Origin: Nitriliruptoraceae bacterium
GTDB taxonomy: Bacteria; Actinomycetota; Nitriliruptoria; Nitriliruptorales; Nitriliruptoraceae
Reading direction: 5' to 3'
Assembly: GCA_020832455.1 (NCBI GenBank)
Contig: JAFIEQ010000003.1
Coordinates: 1,393-65,392, forward strand
Length of the DNA: 64,000 nt
Positions 27,518 through 37,576 of this stretch are shown one piece after another. Both the position numbers and the translations under genes were made by a program. Position 1 is the stretch's first letter; each line of letters begins with the position of its first letter. Below the pieces are notes generated by a model. The model was not told the origin of the DNA and did no database searches. It saw only the letters and a list, made by a program, of their open reading frames with translations.

Positions 27518-28975
27518 ATGAGCCCCACCGATGCCACCTCGACCCTGCCAACCGGCGCCCCGACCGGGTTGCTGATCGACGGGACCTGGACCACCGCCGC
27601 CCGCCAGCTCCGGGTCGAGGACCCGGCAACCCTCGCCACGCTGGCCGAGGTCGGCGACGCCGAGGTGGCCGACGGCCTCGCGGCGGTCGATGCGGCGTAC
27701 GCGGCGTTCGACCCCTGGGCACACAGGCCCGCACGGGAGCGCGCCGAGGTGCTGCGCCGCGCCTTCGAGATCATGACCGACGAGATCGAGGACTGCGCCC
27801 GGCTGATCGTGCTCGAGAACGGCAAGGCCTGGGCGGACGCGATCGGGGAGGCCCGCTACGCGGCGGAGTTCTTCCGCTGGTTCGCCGAGGAGGCCGTCCG
27901 CGTCGCCGGAGGCTTCCGTGAGGCCCCCGCGGGCGACAAGATGATCATCACCGACCACACGCCGATCGGGGTGGCCTACCTGATCACACCGTGGAACTTC
28001 CCGGCCGCGATGGCGACCCGCAAGCTCGCGCCGGCGCTCGCCGCGGGGTGCACCGCCGTGCTGAAGCCGGCCGCGCAGACCCCACTGACCGCCCTGTGGG
28101 TCGGGGAGGTGCTCCGCCGGGCGGGCGCACCCAACGGCACCGTCAACATCGTGACCACCTCGGACCCCGGGTCGGTCTCCGAGGCGATCCTGGCCGACGA
28201 GCGCGTGCGGACCCTGTCGTTCACCGGCTCCACGCCGGTCGGCAAGGTCCTGCTCGAACAGACCGCGAAGCGGGTGCTCGTCTCGTCGATGGAGCTCGGC
28301 GGCAACGCTCCCTTCCTGGTGCTGGAGGGCGCCGACGTGGACGCCGCGGTCGAGGGCGCGATGCTCGCCAAGATGCGCAACGGCGGCGCGGCCTGTACCG
28401 CCGCCAACCGCTTCTACGTGCACGCCTCACTGGTCGGGGACTTCACCGCCCGCTTCCGCGAGGCGCTGGCGAGCCTGAAGGTCGGCCCCGGGATCGACCG
28501 GGGCAACGACCTGGGCGCCATGGTCTCGACCCACGAGCGGGACAAGATCCTGGAGCTGCTCGGACAGGCGGAGGACGACGGTGGCCGGCCGGACGCGATC
28601 TCCGCGACGCCGGACGGCGGCGCGTTCGTCGCGCCGCACCTGGTCCACGACGTGACCCACGGTTCCACGCTCACCCGCACCGAGGTGTTCGGGCCGGTCG
28701 CCCCGATCGTGACCTTCGAGGACACCGACGACGCGGTCAGGATGGCCAACGACACCGAGTTCGGGCTGATGGCCTACGTGTACGGTCCGGACAAGGGCAC
28801 CGGGATCGCCGTGGCACGTCGGATGGATGCGGGGATGGTCGGCATCGACCGCGGTCTGCTCTCGGACGCCGCCGCGCCGTTCGGCGGGATGAAGGAGTCC
28901 GGACTCGGGCGCGAGGGCGGGTTCCACGGTATCCACGAGTTCCTGGAGACCCGCTACCTGGGCGTCAGCCTCTGA
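27518..28975 (+). CDS. gabD: NAD(P)-dependent aldehyde dehydrogenase, succinate-semialdehyde dehydrogenase-like
   Basis: ITPWNFPAAMATRKLAPALAAGCT, FTGSTPVGK, ELGGNAPFLV, and a catalytic Cys context ..NGGAACTAANRFYV. The symbol is tentative. Confidence 0.8.
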   Translation: MSPTDATSTLPTGAPTGLLIDGTWTTAARQLRVEDPATLATLAEVGDAEVADGLAAVDAAYAAFDPWAHRPARERAEVLRRAFEIMTDEIEDCARLIVLENGKAWADAIGEARYAAEFFRWFAEEAVRVAGGFREAPAGDKMIITDHTPIGVAYLITPWNFPAAMATRKLAPALAAGCTAVLKPAAQTPLTALWVGEVLRRAGAPNGTVNIVTTSDPGSVSEAILADERVRTLSFTGSTPVGKVLLEQTAKRVLVSSMELGGNAPFLVLEGADVDAAVEGAMLAKMRNGGAACTAANRFYVHASLVGDFTARFREALASLKVGPGIDRGNDLGAMVSTHERDKILELLGQAEDDGGRPDAISATPDGGAFVAPHLVHDVTHGSTLTRTEVFGPVAPIVTFEDTDDAVRMANDTEFGLMAYVYGPDKGTGIAVARRMDAGMVGIDRGLLSDAAAPFGGMKESGLGREGGFHGIHEFLETRYLGVSL

Positions 28976-29621
28976 GGGCGTCCTGGGGCACCCGCGGCGC
29001 CGGCCGTGCGGTCGCGTCCCCGAGGTCGGCGATGGCGCGGGTGACCCCGTCACGGTGGTGGCGCCGGCACAGGACCTCGTAGGCGACCTCCGCGTCACCG
29101 ATGTCGCCGACCACGACCTGCGCGCCCTCGCGCTGGATCCTGCCATCGACCGTGCGCGCGTTGGTCGTCCCACGCTCGCCGCACCAGCACCGTGCCTCGA
29201 CCTGCAACTCGATGCGGCGGTCGGCGAGTTCGAGCAGCCGCTGCGAGCCGGGGAACAGCCGCGTCTGGAAGTCAGCGAGCAACCCGTAGGCCTGCACCTC
29301 GATGTCGAGGTCGTCGACGATCGCCGCGAGCTGCTCGACCTGGGCCGGGGTGTAGAACTGGGCCTCGTCGGCGATGAGCACGTCGACCGGCCGGCCCGCG
29401 GACAGCCGCGCCGCGACATGCGCCCGCAGGTCGAGCTCGTCGGTGACCACCTGCGCCGGTTGCGACAGGCCGATCCGGCTGGAGATGCGGCCACCCTCGC
29501 GGTCGTGCTTGGTGCACAGCAGCACGTGCTTGCCGGCTGCGGTGGCGTTGTGGTGGTTCTGCAGCGCGAGGGTCGACTTCCCGCAGTTCATGGTCCCGTA
29601 GAAGAACTGCAACTCGGCCAT
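28965..29621 (-). CDS. tdk: Thymidine kinase
   Basis: LQFFYGTMNCGKSTLALQ (P-loop), VLIADEAQF, and a C-terminal zinc-ribbon Cys pattern (..ARCWCGERGT..VLCRRHH). Its 3' end overlaps gabD by 11 nt. Confidence 0.95.
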   Translation of the reverse strand: MAELQFFYGTMNCGKSTLALQNHHNATAAGKHVLLCTKHDREGGRISSRIGLSQPAQVVTDELDLRAHVAARLSAGRPVDVLIADEAQFYTPAQVEQLAAIVDDLDIEVQAYGLLADFQTRLFPGSQRLLELADRRIELQVEARCWCGERGTTNARTVDGRIQREGAQVVVGDIGDAEVAYEVLCRRHHRDGVTRAIADLGDATARPAPRVPQDALRG

Positions 29622-29714
29622 CGGTCTCCCTCACCTGCGCGACAGCCCACGTTGTAGCAAGGACGGCCTGCCCCTCCCACCACCCGGGACCGTGCCACAG
29701 CCCGGCGGCGTCGC

Positions 29715-32700
29715 TCAGCGCGTGCCGGCGGCGTCGACGGCCCGGCACGCGGCGACGAACCGGGGGTGCGGGGCCACCCCGAGGTGCTCGAGCGCCGTCG
29801 AGGTGGCCGCGAGCACCGCCCGCGCATCGCCGGCACGTCCGGCATCGACGAGCCGCCGGGCGGCCCGCACGGCCCGCCGTTCGTCGTGGAGATCGGCTCG
29901 ATGCGCCTCGACGAGCCAGGTCAGCACCTGCTCGTCGTCCCCCCGGGCCTGCGCCGCTGCGACGAGCTGGTCGAGCAGCCCGAGGCGACGGACCGCGACG
30001 TGCCGACGGACCGCATCGAGCGGCACGCTGGTGGTCGCGAGGGACACGTCCGCCAGCACCTCCCCCCGCACCAGCGCCAAGGCATCGAGGGCCGCGTCCG
30101 TGTCCCCGTCCCGGGTCACGCTGCCGGCGAGCCGATCGAAGCGGGCGAGGTCGGTGTCGACCGTGGCCCCGAGCACCAGTTGATCGTCGCCGAGACGCTC
30201 CACCAGCTCCGGCGCCACAGCCCGCAACCGGTACAGGATCTGGCGCAACCGCGCCCGGGCGTCCGCGGTGTCCAGCCCCGGCCAAAGCGTCTCCACCAGC
30301 GCGTCGATCCGCTGCGGGCCCTGCGCGATCGCGAGCAGGCCAACCACCGCGCGGGGCAGCCCACCCGGCAGCTTGAGGACCTCCTCCCCGCGACGCAGCC
30401 GCAGCGGCCCGAGGATCTCCAGGGTGCAGCCCGCCTGTGCTGCCTCCCGCCACCGATCGAGGGCCTCCGCAGCCTCCGGTTCCAGCCACCGTCCGAGCTC
30501 CGGGTGGCCGTACGCGTCCGCGTCCGCGGCCGCCTCGGTGCACAACCGTTCCACCCCGGGATCCCCGGCACGCAAGGCCGCGTAGGCTCGCAGCAGGCGG
30601 CAGCGGACCCGCTCGAAGCGCTCGATGCCCGCATCCGCCTCGATCGACGGCCACAACCGGATGGCCTCGTCCGGGTCACCCCGCCGCGCGGCGACCACGA
30701 ACTCGGCCAGGACGACCAGCTCGGGTTGCTCAGCACGGCGCGCGCGGGCGCGGGCGAGGAACGCATCCGCCTCCTCGTGCGCACCGGCGCGGTCGATCAG
30801 GTCGACCATCGTCGCGAGGTAGGTCGCGAAGACCCCGGTCTCCTCCCACGCCGCCAGGTGGTCGCCGGCCTCCCGTGCCCAGGCCACGGTGCGGACCGGA
30901 TCGCGTTCCAGCGACGACTGCAACGCCAGCCCCCAGGCGGCGTAGGCCCGCGCCCCCCCGGCCCCCCCCCCCCGGGGGCGGGGCCCCCCCGGCGCCCGGG
31001 GCCGCCCCCCCCCCAGGGGGCCGGCCCGCCCCCCCGGGCCCCGCCCACGGGGGGCCCGGCAGCGGTTTCCCGCCACGACTGCAACGCCAGCCCCCAGGCG
31101 GGTTAGGCCCGCGCCCGCGCGTCCCGCACCGCGCGGGCGAGTTCCAACGCCTGCTCGAGGTCAGCCGAGCCCTCCTGGGGACGGCCGAGCCAGACCTTGA
31201 CCTCACCGAGGTAGGTCAGCGCCGTCGCCCGGGCCCGGCCGTCCTGCTCCGCCAGCGAGACCGCGGCCGCGAAGGTCTCCTCCGCCCGCGCGAGGTCCCC
31301 GTGCAGGTCGACGTTGAACCCGAGTTGCACCAGCGCACGGGAGGCCTCGTGGGGCTCGCCGCACGCGCGGAACAGCTGTGCCGCCCGACGCAGCGACCGA
31401 CGCGCGACCCCGCGGTCTCCCTGCCAGGCGTGGAGCATGCCCCGGACGACGAGCGCGCGTGCCACGGTCCCCGACTCGGCGTCGTCGGCGGCGCGCAGGG
31501 CCGCATCGATCCGGGCCGCCACCTCGTCCCGCGGCTGGGAGTAGACGTCCATCGCCAACTGCTCGACCTCGAGGGCGCGACGCAACACCGGGTCGGACGG
31601 CGCCCGGCCGTCGGCGGCAGCGGTGCGCTCCTCGGCATCCAGCAACGTGCGGAGGCGTCCGAGCACCGCCGCGTGGTCGTCGGGTTCCCCGGCCCGCGAG
31701 TAGGCCCGGGCGAGCTCGAGCAGCACCCGCGGGTAGCGGTCGACCACCCGACGGGGCAGGACGTCGATCGCGGCGATGATCTCGTCGGCGGTCAGGTGGG
31801 CGCGGGCGCCGGTCGGCAACGCGCTGAACAGCCGACCGAGGTCCTCGAGCGCACCGGCGGACCGCAGGATGGCGATGGCCTCTTCCGGGCGATCGCGGTC
31901 CAGATGGCAGCCCGCGATCGCACGCGCCACCTCGACCCGCATCGGCGCCACCCGACGCAGCACGTCCGCGATCGCCCCCGGGAAGTGGGAGCGGCCCTGC
32001 GTATCGGTGGTGATCGGCAACCCCGCACGGAGCAGCCCATCGACGAGCGGTTCGGCGTCCCCCGGCGACGCGGCCGACGGAGCCTGGGTCGCGCGACCCA
32101 TCGTCCGCTGCACGACGTTCGCGAGCTCCTCGTCCATCCAGGGCAGATGGGCCAGGTTCGCGGCCAGCAGGCGCAACTCGGCGGGCAGCGCGGACGCCAC
32201 CTGGTCGGAGAAACGGGACGCTGCGTCGACCGGAAGACGCCGGGCCGGTGCGGCCGACGTGGCCCGCGTACCCGGTGCGGCCCCGTTCGTCGACGCGACC
32301 GCATCGGGGCCCTCGAGCCGCCGCGCGGCCTGGGCCACGACGAAGGTCAGCGCCGCCGGCCAGCCCTCGGTCGCTGCCAGCAACCGATCGGCGTCGAGCG
32401 TCGTCGCCTCCAGCCCGAAGCCGTCCTCGATCAGCCGCGTCACGTCGTCGACGTCGAAGCGCAACTGCTCCGGGCCGAGCAGACGCACGTCGGGACGCGT
32501 CCGGAGCCGCGCCGCGCCGGACGGCAGCCGGCGGGCCGCGATCACGAGACGCAGCGGGGTCGGCCGGTGCTCGACCACCTGCACGAGCAGGGCCCCGTCG
32601 TCCCCCAACAGGTGGGCATCGTCGACGACCAGCAACAACGGCGCGGTGCCGTCGAGCACCTCTAGCGCCGCCTGCAAGGCCTCCGCCGCCCCGTCACCCG

Positions 32701-32962
32701 GCTCGGCGAGCGCGGCCGCGGCCGCGTCCTCCCCGAGCCCGATGAGCGCACGACGCAGCGGATGCAGCACCCGACGATCCCCGCCACCGTCCCCGTGCAC
32801 GGTCACCTGGGCGACGCGCGTCGGACCCAACGAGCTGCGCAGTTCCACCGCCAGCGTGGACTTGCCGAACCCCGACGGCGCCTCGATGACCACGACCGGA
32901 ACGGTGTCGAGCCCGGCGAGCAGTCGCTCACGCCGCACGTGGTGCGTCGGGAGTTCGAACAT
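29715..32962 (-). pseudogene. Large regulator: N-terminal MalT-like AAA ATPase, TPR region, C-terminal SARP-type winged helix plus BTAD; frame broken by GC-only tract 2
   Basis: ORF 31103..32962: VVVIEAPSGFGKST (Walker A), LLLVVDDAHLL (Walker B), then TPR-like repeats. ORF 29715..31076: LEILGPLRLRRGEEVLKLPGG..RIDALVETLWPG..ARARLRQILYRLR plus a BTAD-like helical tail. Deleting 161 nt (one repeat copy plus the tract) gives a single 1,028-aa ORF. Confidence 0.75.
30945..31060. repeat. GC-only homopolymer-rich tract 2 (116 nt with only 2 A and no T), bracketed by a 42-nt direct repeat (30914..30955 and 31075..31116, 40/42 identical)
   Basis: Direct reading of the sequence. Runs up to C13. The repeat copies are offset by 161 nt. 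Confidence 0.9.
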
Positions 32963-33177
32963 GGGCGTCTCGTCCGCTCAGCACCCAGCTGAACGGACCA
33001 CCGGGCGCGCCCCTCGTGACCGATCGGCGACGTGGATCGATCGCGCGCGACGGATGCTACCGAGCGGACCCGCCCCGACGTCGGGCGGAACGGGAGCCCG
33101 CACGGCGGTCGGCGCGGGCTCCCCGGGTGCACATCGGCGCGGGAGCCAGGGTGGCCACGCGCCCGACATCGTCGCCC

Positions 33178-33540
33178 CTAGGTGGTGATGTCCGGGTACG
33201 GCAGCGAGAAGTGCGACAACTTCTGCGCGTACTCCTTCTGGAACGCGAGCGGCTCGTCGTAGTCCCGCTCGAACATGGCGATGAACAGCGTCAGCGTCAG
33301 GAACGGATGCGCACCCATCCCGAACAGGGTCGGGTAGTCGTGCTCGATCAGCGCGGTGCGCTCGTCGTCGTCGAACGCGAGCCAGGTCGAGTCCTCGCCG
33401 CCGTGGCAGTTGAGCAGCTTGTTGGCCATGTGCTGCTCCCACCAGGCGACGGTCTCGGCCGGCTCCTCGCGGTAGCGCTCCACCAGGTCCGGGTCGCGGT
33501 CGACGGTGAACAGGAACTTGTTCAGCAGGTACGTGCTCAT
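33178..33540 (-). CDS. LigA-like small subunit of a class III extradiol ring-cleavage dioxygenase
   Basis: MSTYLLNKFLFTVDRDPDLVERYREEP... resembles the LigA family N-terminus. ATGA overlap with the upstream LigB-like gene. Confidence 0.75.
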   Translation of the reverse strand: MSTYLLNKFLFTVDRDPDLVERYREEPAETVAWWEQHMANKLLNCHGGEDSTWLAFDDDERTALIEHDYPTLFGMGAHPFLTLTLFIAMFERDYDEPLAFQKEYAQKLSHFSLPYPDITT

Positions 33541-34400
33541 GCCGGCGCTCCGTTCGGGTACCAGGTGAAGTACGCCTCCATCGTGTGGAACAGATCCAGG
33601 TTGTCGACGTAGTCGGCCGGGTTGTCGTCGCCGGCGACGCCCATCATCAGCATGAAGTCCATGAACCCGTGCGTGGCGTTGCCCGGCGTCCACAGCGAGT
33701 CGAGCGTGACCTCGCTCAGTGCCCCGCCGATGTCGCCCTTGCTGATCCATTCGATCGCGCGAGCGTCGAACTCCGGGTCGGGCCCGTGCGGTCCGAACTG
33801 ACGCGGCCCCCCGAGCTCGAGCGACAGGTGTCCGGTCCCGATGATCGCGACCTTGAGATCCGATTCCCACGACTCGACCATCCTGCGGATCGCCCGGCCG
33901 AGTTCGACGAAGCGCTTGGGCTGGGGCAGTGGCGGCGCGAAGATGTTGGTGTACACAGGCACGATCGGCAGGTCCGCGTCCGGGCGCAGCGTGATGATCG
34001 GACACGTGATCGAGTGGTCGATCCGCAGCTCGTTGGAGAACGCGAGGTCGAAGCCCTGGTCGAGCCCGTTGCGGAGCAGATGGTCGGAGAGCGCGAGGTC
34101 CCCGTCGAAGCGCATCCGCGGCAACCCGAACTCGCGCTCCTCGTTGTACCAATTGGCGTCGTACATGGGTGCCCGGCCGACCAGGAACTGCGGCATGTTG
34201 TCGAGCCACAGCTGGTGGAAGTGGTCGCTGCCGACCATGACCAGCACGTCGGGGTCCGCTGTTGTGAGCGTTTCCCGGAAGCTCATGATCTTGCTGACCC
34301 ACTCGTCCGCGAACGGGGGGCGTTCCTCGGGCGGCGCCGTGGACGCCTTGTAGTAGAACGGGTGGTGGGTGGAGGCCACCACCGCGACGATCTCAGCCAT
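33537..34400 (-). CDS. Class III extradiol dioxygenase catalytic subunit (LigB family)
   Basis: VAVVASTHHPFYY.., VLVMVGSDHFH.., IDHSITCPI.., IIGTGHLS are the conserved His-containing blocks of LigB-type dioxygenases. Confidence 0.85.
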   Translation of the reverse strand: MAEIVAVVASTHHPFYYKASTAPPEERPPFADEWVSKIMSFRETLTTADPDVLVMVGSDHFHQLWLDNMPQFLVGRAPMYDANWYNEEREFGLPRMRFDGDLALSDHLLRNGLDQGFDLAFSNELRIDHSITCPIITLRPDADLPIVPVYTNIFAPPLPQPKRFVELGRAIRRMVESWESDLKVAIIGTGHLSLELGGPRQFGPHGPDPEFDARAIEWISKGDIGGALSEVTLDSLWTPGNATHGFMDFMLMMGVAGDDNPADYVDNLDLFHTMEAYFTWYPNGAPA

Positions 34401-34477
34401 AGGTCGTTGCTCCCTCTCCCTCGTGATGGGTCCGGCAGGCGCCGGTCCCTCCCCGGCACGACACCCGCTCGTCGGGG

Positions 34478-35278
34478 CTAGGCGCCCCTGGGGTCCACGT
34501 AGCGGGTGTTGCCGTGGACCGACAGGTAGATGTCGTTGGCGATCGGGTGCTCGACCTCCTCGGCGATCTGGCCGAGCACACCCGCGGTCCGCGCGAGCAG
34601 CGCGACCCCCCGCAACAACGGCAGCGGGACCCCGGCGTCCACCAGCGCGGCACCGCCCACCCCGGCACCGTTCAGCGGCAGGGTGCGACCGATGATGTCG
34701 CCGTGGACCCGGCCGATCGCCTCGAAGAGCCGCAGATGGGGGCCCTTGAGCCCCTCCTCGTCGGCGATCTGCAGCAGGCGCGGCACCCGGGGGTCCGAGG
34801 TGTGCGTCGGGTGACCCAGACCCGGGATGATGCGCTTGGCGGCGCGTTCCCGGGTGACGATGGACCGGGCGAGCTCGTCGTAGCCGTCGTCGTCGGTCGG
34901 GAGCGCACCGTCCACCGCGTCCAGCTCCGCGGCCAGGAACTGCCCACAGTCCTCGGTGACCCCGAGGAAGCGCGACCCGCCGCCGAGGATCCCGGCGGCG
35001 ACCGCGCCCTGCAGGGCGTCGGGGGCGCTCAGGTAGGTCAGCCGGGCCGCGATCGAGGTGGGTACGAACCCGTGGTCGGCGAGCGAGGCCAGCACGGCCT
35101 CGAACACGCGCGCCTGGCCGGGCGTGGGACGCCGACGGAGCATCAGCCAGTAGGCGAGCTCCCCGAACCCGACCTCGCCCATGATGTCGGTCGCGAGATC
35201 CTCGCCGAGCAGCGTGATGGTCGTCGCGTCGGACGCACCCAGGGAGGTGCGGTACCCGTCCGGGGCCTGGTCGCTCAC
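34478..35278 (-). CDS. Citryl-CoA lyase-like protein (short citrate-synthase family)
   Basis: ITLLGEDL..FGELAYWLMLRRRPT.., IPGLGHPTHTSDPRVPRL (citrate-synthase His motif), ..LPLNGAGVGGA... Start placed at the GTG at 35278. Confidence 0.75.
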   Translation of the reverse strand: MSDQAPDGYRTSLGASDATTITLLGEDLATDIMGEVGFGELAYWLMLRRRPTPGQARVFEAVLASLADHGFVPTSIAARLTYLSAPDALQGAVAAGILGGGSRFLGVTEDCGQFLAAELDAVDGALPTDDDGYDELARSIVTRERAAKRIIPGLGHPTHTSDPRVPRLLQIADEEGLKGPHLRLFEAIGRVHGDIIGRTLPLNGAGVGGAALVDAGVPLPLLRGVALLARTAGVLGQIAEEVEHPIANDIYLSVHGNTRYVDPRGA

Positions 35279-35359
35279 AGCTGGTCCTGGTCGTCGGTGG
35301 TGCGGGAGGTGGTGCACCGCGCCGGCCGGTCGGGGGACCCAGCCGGCGCGGGCGCTTGT

Positions 35360-36598
35360 TCAGTCTCGGTCGCCGGCGAGCCAGGCACGGACCTCGTCAC
35401 GGTGCTCGTCCAGGCTCGGTGGGGCGTAGCGGTACGACGGCGGGGTGGCCGACAGGGTGATCGGGTTGCGCACGGAGGGCATCGGGGTGCCCTCGCCGAC
35501 CTCGACGACGGGCTCCAGCCCGATCTGCTCGGCGAAGGCCACGCCCTCGGGCACGGTGTAGACGGGTCCGCCCGGCAGACCAGCGGCCCGGAACCGCTCG
35601 AACCAGGCGGTGGAACCGTGGGCGGCCAGCGCGTCGATCAGCAACGGTTTGAGCTCGTCCCGTCGTGCGGTGCGCTCCTCGTTGGAGCCGAACCGGTCGT
35701 CCTCGGCGAGCTCCGGGATGCCCAGGACCTCGCACAGCAACCGGAACTGCCCGTTGTTGCCGGCGATGACGATGATCTCCCCGTCAGCGGTCGGCAACGG
35801 CTCGTAGGGGAACAGGCTCGGGTGGGCGTTGCCCATCCGGAACGGGGTGACATCGCCGGCGACCGCGGCGCTCGAGTGGTTGACGAGTCCGGACAGCGCC
35901 GAGGACAGCAGGTTGACCTCCACGTGCTGGCCCTCACCGCTGGTGTGCCGGTGGTTGATCGCCGAGAGGATGCCGATCGTGGCGTGCATCCCCGCCATCA
36001 CGTCGAACACCGAGATGCCCGCGCGGTAGGCCTGGCCCTCCGGGTCACCGGTGAGGCTCATCAGACCGGAGATCCCCTGGACCATCAGGTCGTAGCCCGG
36101 CATCTTCGCGCCCGCTTCGGTGGACCCGAACCCGGAGATCGACGCGTAGACGATGCCCGGGTTGGACGCCCGGACGGTGTCGAAGTCCAGCCCGAACCGC
36201 GCCATGCCCCCGGGGCGCATGTTCTCGATCAGCACGTCCGCGCGGTCGGCCAGTTCACGGGCCAGCGCGAGGTCGGTGTCGTCCTTGAGGTTCAGCGCGA
36301 TGGAGCGCTTGTTGCGGTTGATGCCGAGGTAGTAGGTGGAGATCCCGTCACGGACCGGGGGCATCCAGGTGCGCGTGTCGTCGCCGCTCGGACCCTCGAC
36401 CTTGATGACGTCGGCACCCAGGTCCGCCAGCAGCATCGTGGCGTACGGGCCCGCGAGGATGCGGGAGAAGTCCGCGACCAGCAGCCCGTCGAGCGGCCCG
36501 TTCGAGCCAACGGCGGAGCGATCGGTGGACACGGCGTCGGACACGGCGACCTCGAGGTTCGGCGGCGGTTGATCCGCGGCTGACCGTACAGCGGACAT
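35360..36598 (-). CDS. Family III CoA-transferase (CaiB/BaiF type)
   Basis: LDGLLVADFSRILAGPYATMLLADLGADVIKVEGPSGDDTRTW and ..DVLIENMRPG.., the hallmark family III blocks. Confidence 0.9.
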   Translation of the reverse strand: MSAVRSAADQPPPNLEVAVSDAVSTDRSAVGSNGPLDGLLVADFSRILAGPYATMLLADLGADVIKVEGPSGDDTRTWMPPVRDGISTYYLGINRNKRSIALNLKDDTDLALARELADRADVLIENMRPGGMARFGLDFDTVRASNPGIVYASISGFGSTEAGAKMPGYDLMVQGISGLMSLTGDPEGQAYRAGISVFDVMAGMHATIGILSAINHRHTSGEGQHVEVNLLSSALSGLVNHSSAAVAGDVTPFRMGNAHPSLFPYEPLPTADGEIIVIAGNNGQFRLLCEVLGIPELAEDDRFGSNEERTARRDELKPLLIDALAAHGSTAWFERFRAAGLPGGPVYTVPEGVAFAEQIGLEPVVEVGEGTPMPSVRNPITLSATPPSYRYAPPSLDEHRDEVRAWLAGDRD

Positions 36599-36706
36599 CT
36601 GTCCGTAAGGCTGCGCTCCCGATCCATCGTTGTCAAGTCACCGATCGTGCGGAGCCGTCGACCGGCGCGGATGCCCCGGGACCGCCCGCGAACCCGCGGG
36701 GCACGC

Positions 36707-37525
36707 TCAGGACGGGCCGGATGCCGTGGTCACCTGCGGGACCCTGTCGCGGAGCGCGAGGTCCTCGCTGACGCGGCTCGCGGCGGCAAGCAGCAGCGGC
36801 AGGTGCTGCTCGGTCAGGACCTCCACGGGGGTCTCGGCCGCGTGGACGGTGACGTTCATCGCCGCGACGGTCCGCCCGGACCCGTCCCGCAACGGCACGG
36901 CCGCGGACCGGATCCCGGCGGCGAGGTGTTCGTCCGCCAACGACCATCCGCGTGCCCGGACCTCACGCAGGTGCTGCTCGCGCTCGGCGCGGTCGGGCTG
37001 CCACCTCGGTGCGATCCCGGACCGGCTCGGTTCGGCCAGCAGCGACTCGACCTGGTCGGGCTCGAGGGCGGCGAGCAGGACCTTGCCGAGCGAGGTCTGC
37101 AGCGCGGGGAACCGGGTCCCGATGGACACGGCGAAGGTGATGATCTTCGGCACCGCCACCCGGGCGACGTAGACGATGTCGGAGCCGTCGAGCTGGGCGA
37201 TCGAGGTGGACTCCCCGGTCTGGGCCACCAGCGCCTCCATGTGGGGGCGCGCCACCTCCCACAGCCCCTGCGACTGCACGTAGGCGACGCCGAGCTCCAG
37301 CACCCGCGGTGTGAGCGCCCAGCCCTGCGCCTCGGAGCGGGCGAGGCCGAGCTCCTCGAGGGTGAGCAGGATCCGCCGGGCGGTCGGCCGTGCCAACCCG
37401 GTGGCCTCCGCGACCTCCGTCAGGGACATGCGCGGGTGTTGCGGCCCGAACGCCCGGATGACGTCGATGCCACGCGCGAGCGCCTCGATGAAGTCCGGGC
37501 CGGTCTCGCCTCGTGCCGCCATCAT
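36707..37525 (-). CDS. IclR-family transcriptional regulator (PcaR/PobR-like)
   Basis: DFIEALARGIDVIRAFG..MSLTEVAEATGLARPTARRILLTLEELGL (wHTH), followed by an IclR effector domain. Confidence 0.9.
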   Translation of the reverse strand: MMAARGETGPDFIEALARGIDVIRAFGPQHPRMSLTEVAEATGLARPTARRILLTLEELGLARSEAQGWALTPRVLELGVAYVQSQGLWEVARPHMEALVAQTGESTSIAQLDGSDIVYVARVAVPKIITFAVSIGTRFPALQTSLGKVLLAALEPDQVESLLAEPSRSGIAPRWQPDRAEREQHLREVRARGWSLADEHLAAGIRSAAVPLRDGSGRTVAAMNVTVHAAETPVEVLTEQHLPLLLAAASRVSEDLALRDRVPQVTTASGPS

Positions 37526-37576
37526 CGGTCTCCTGGGGTCCGGGCGCCGCCGGGGGTACGTGCCACCGGTCGTCGG

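Noticed and set aside
30914-31116. A direct repeat flanking an insert, considered as a transposon or MITE with a target-site duplication.
   Set aside because: A 42-nt duplication is far longer than known target duplications. The insert has no terminal inverted repeats or coding potential and is pure G/C. One repeat copy is degraded in the same A/T-losing manner as the interior.
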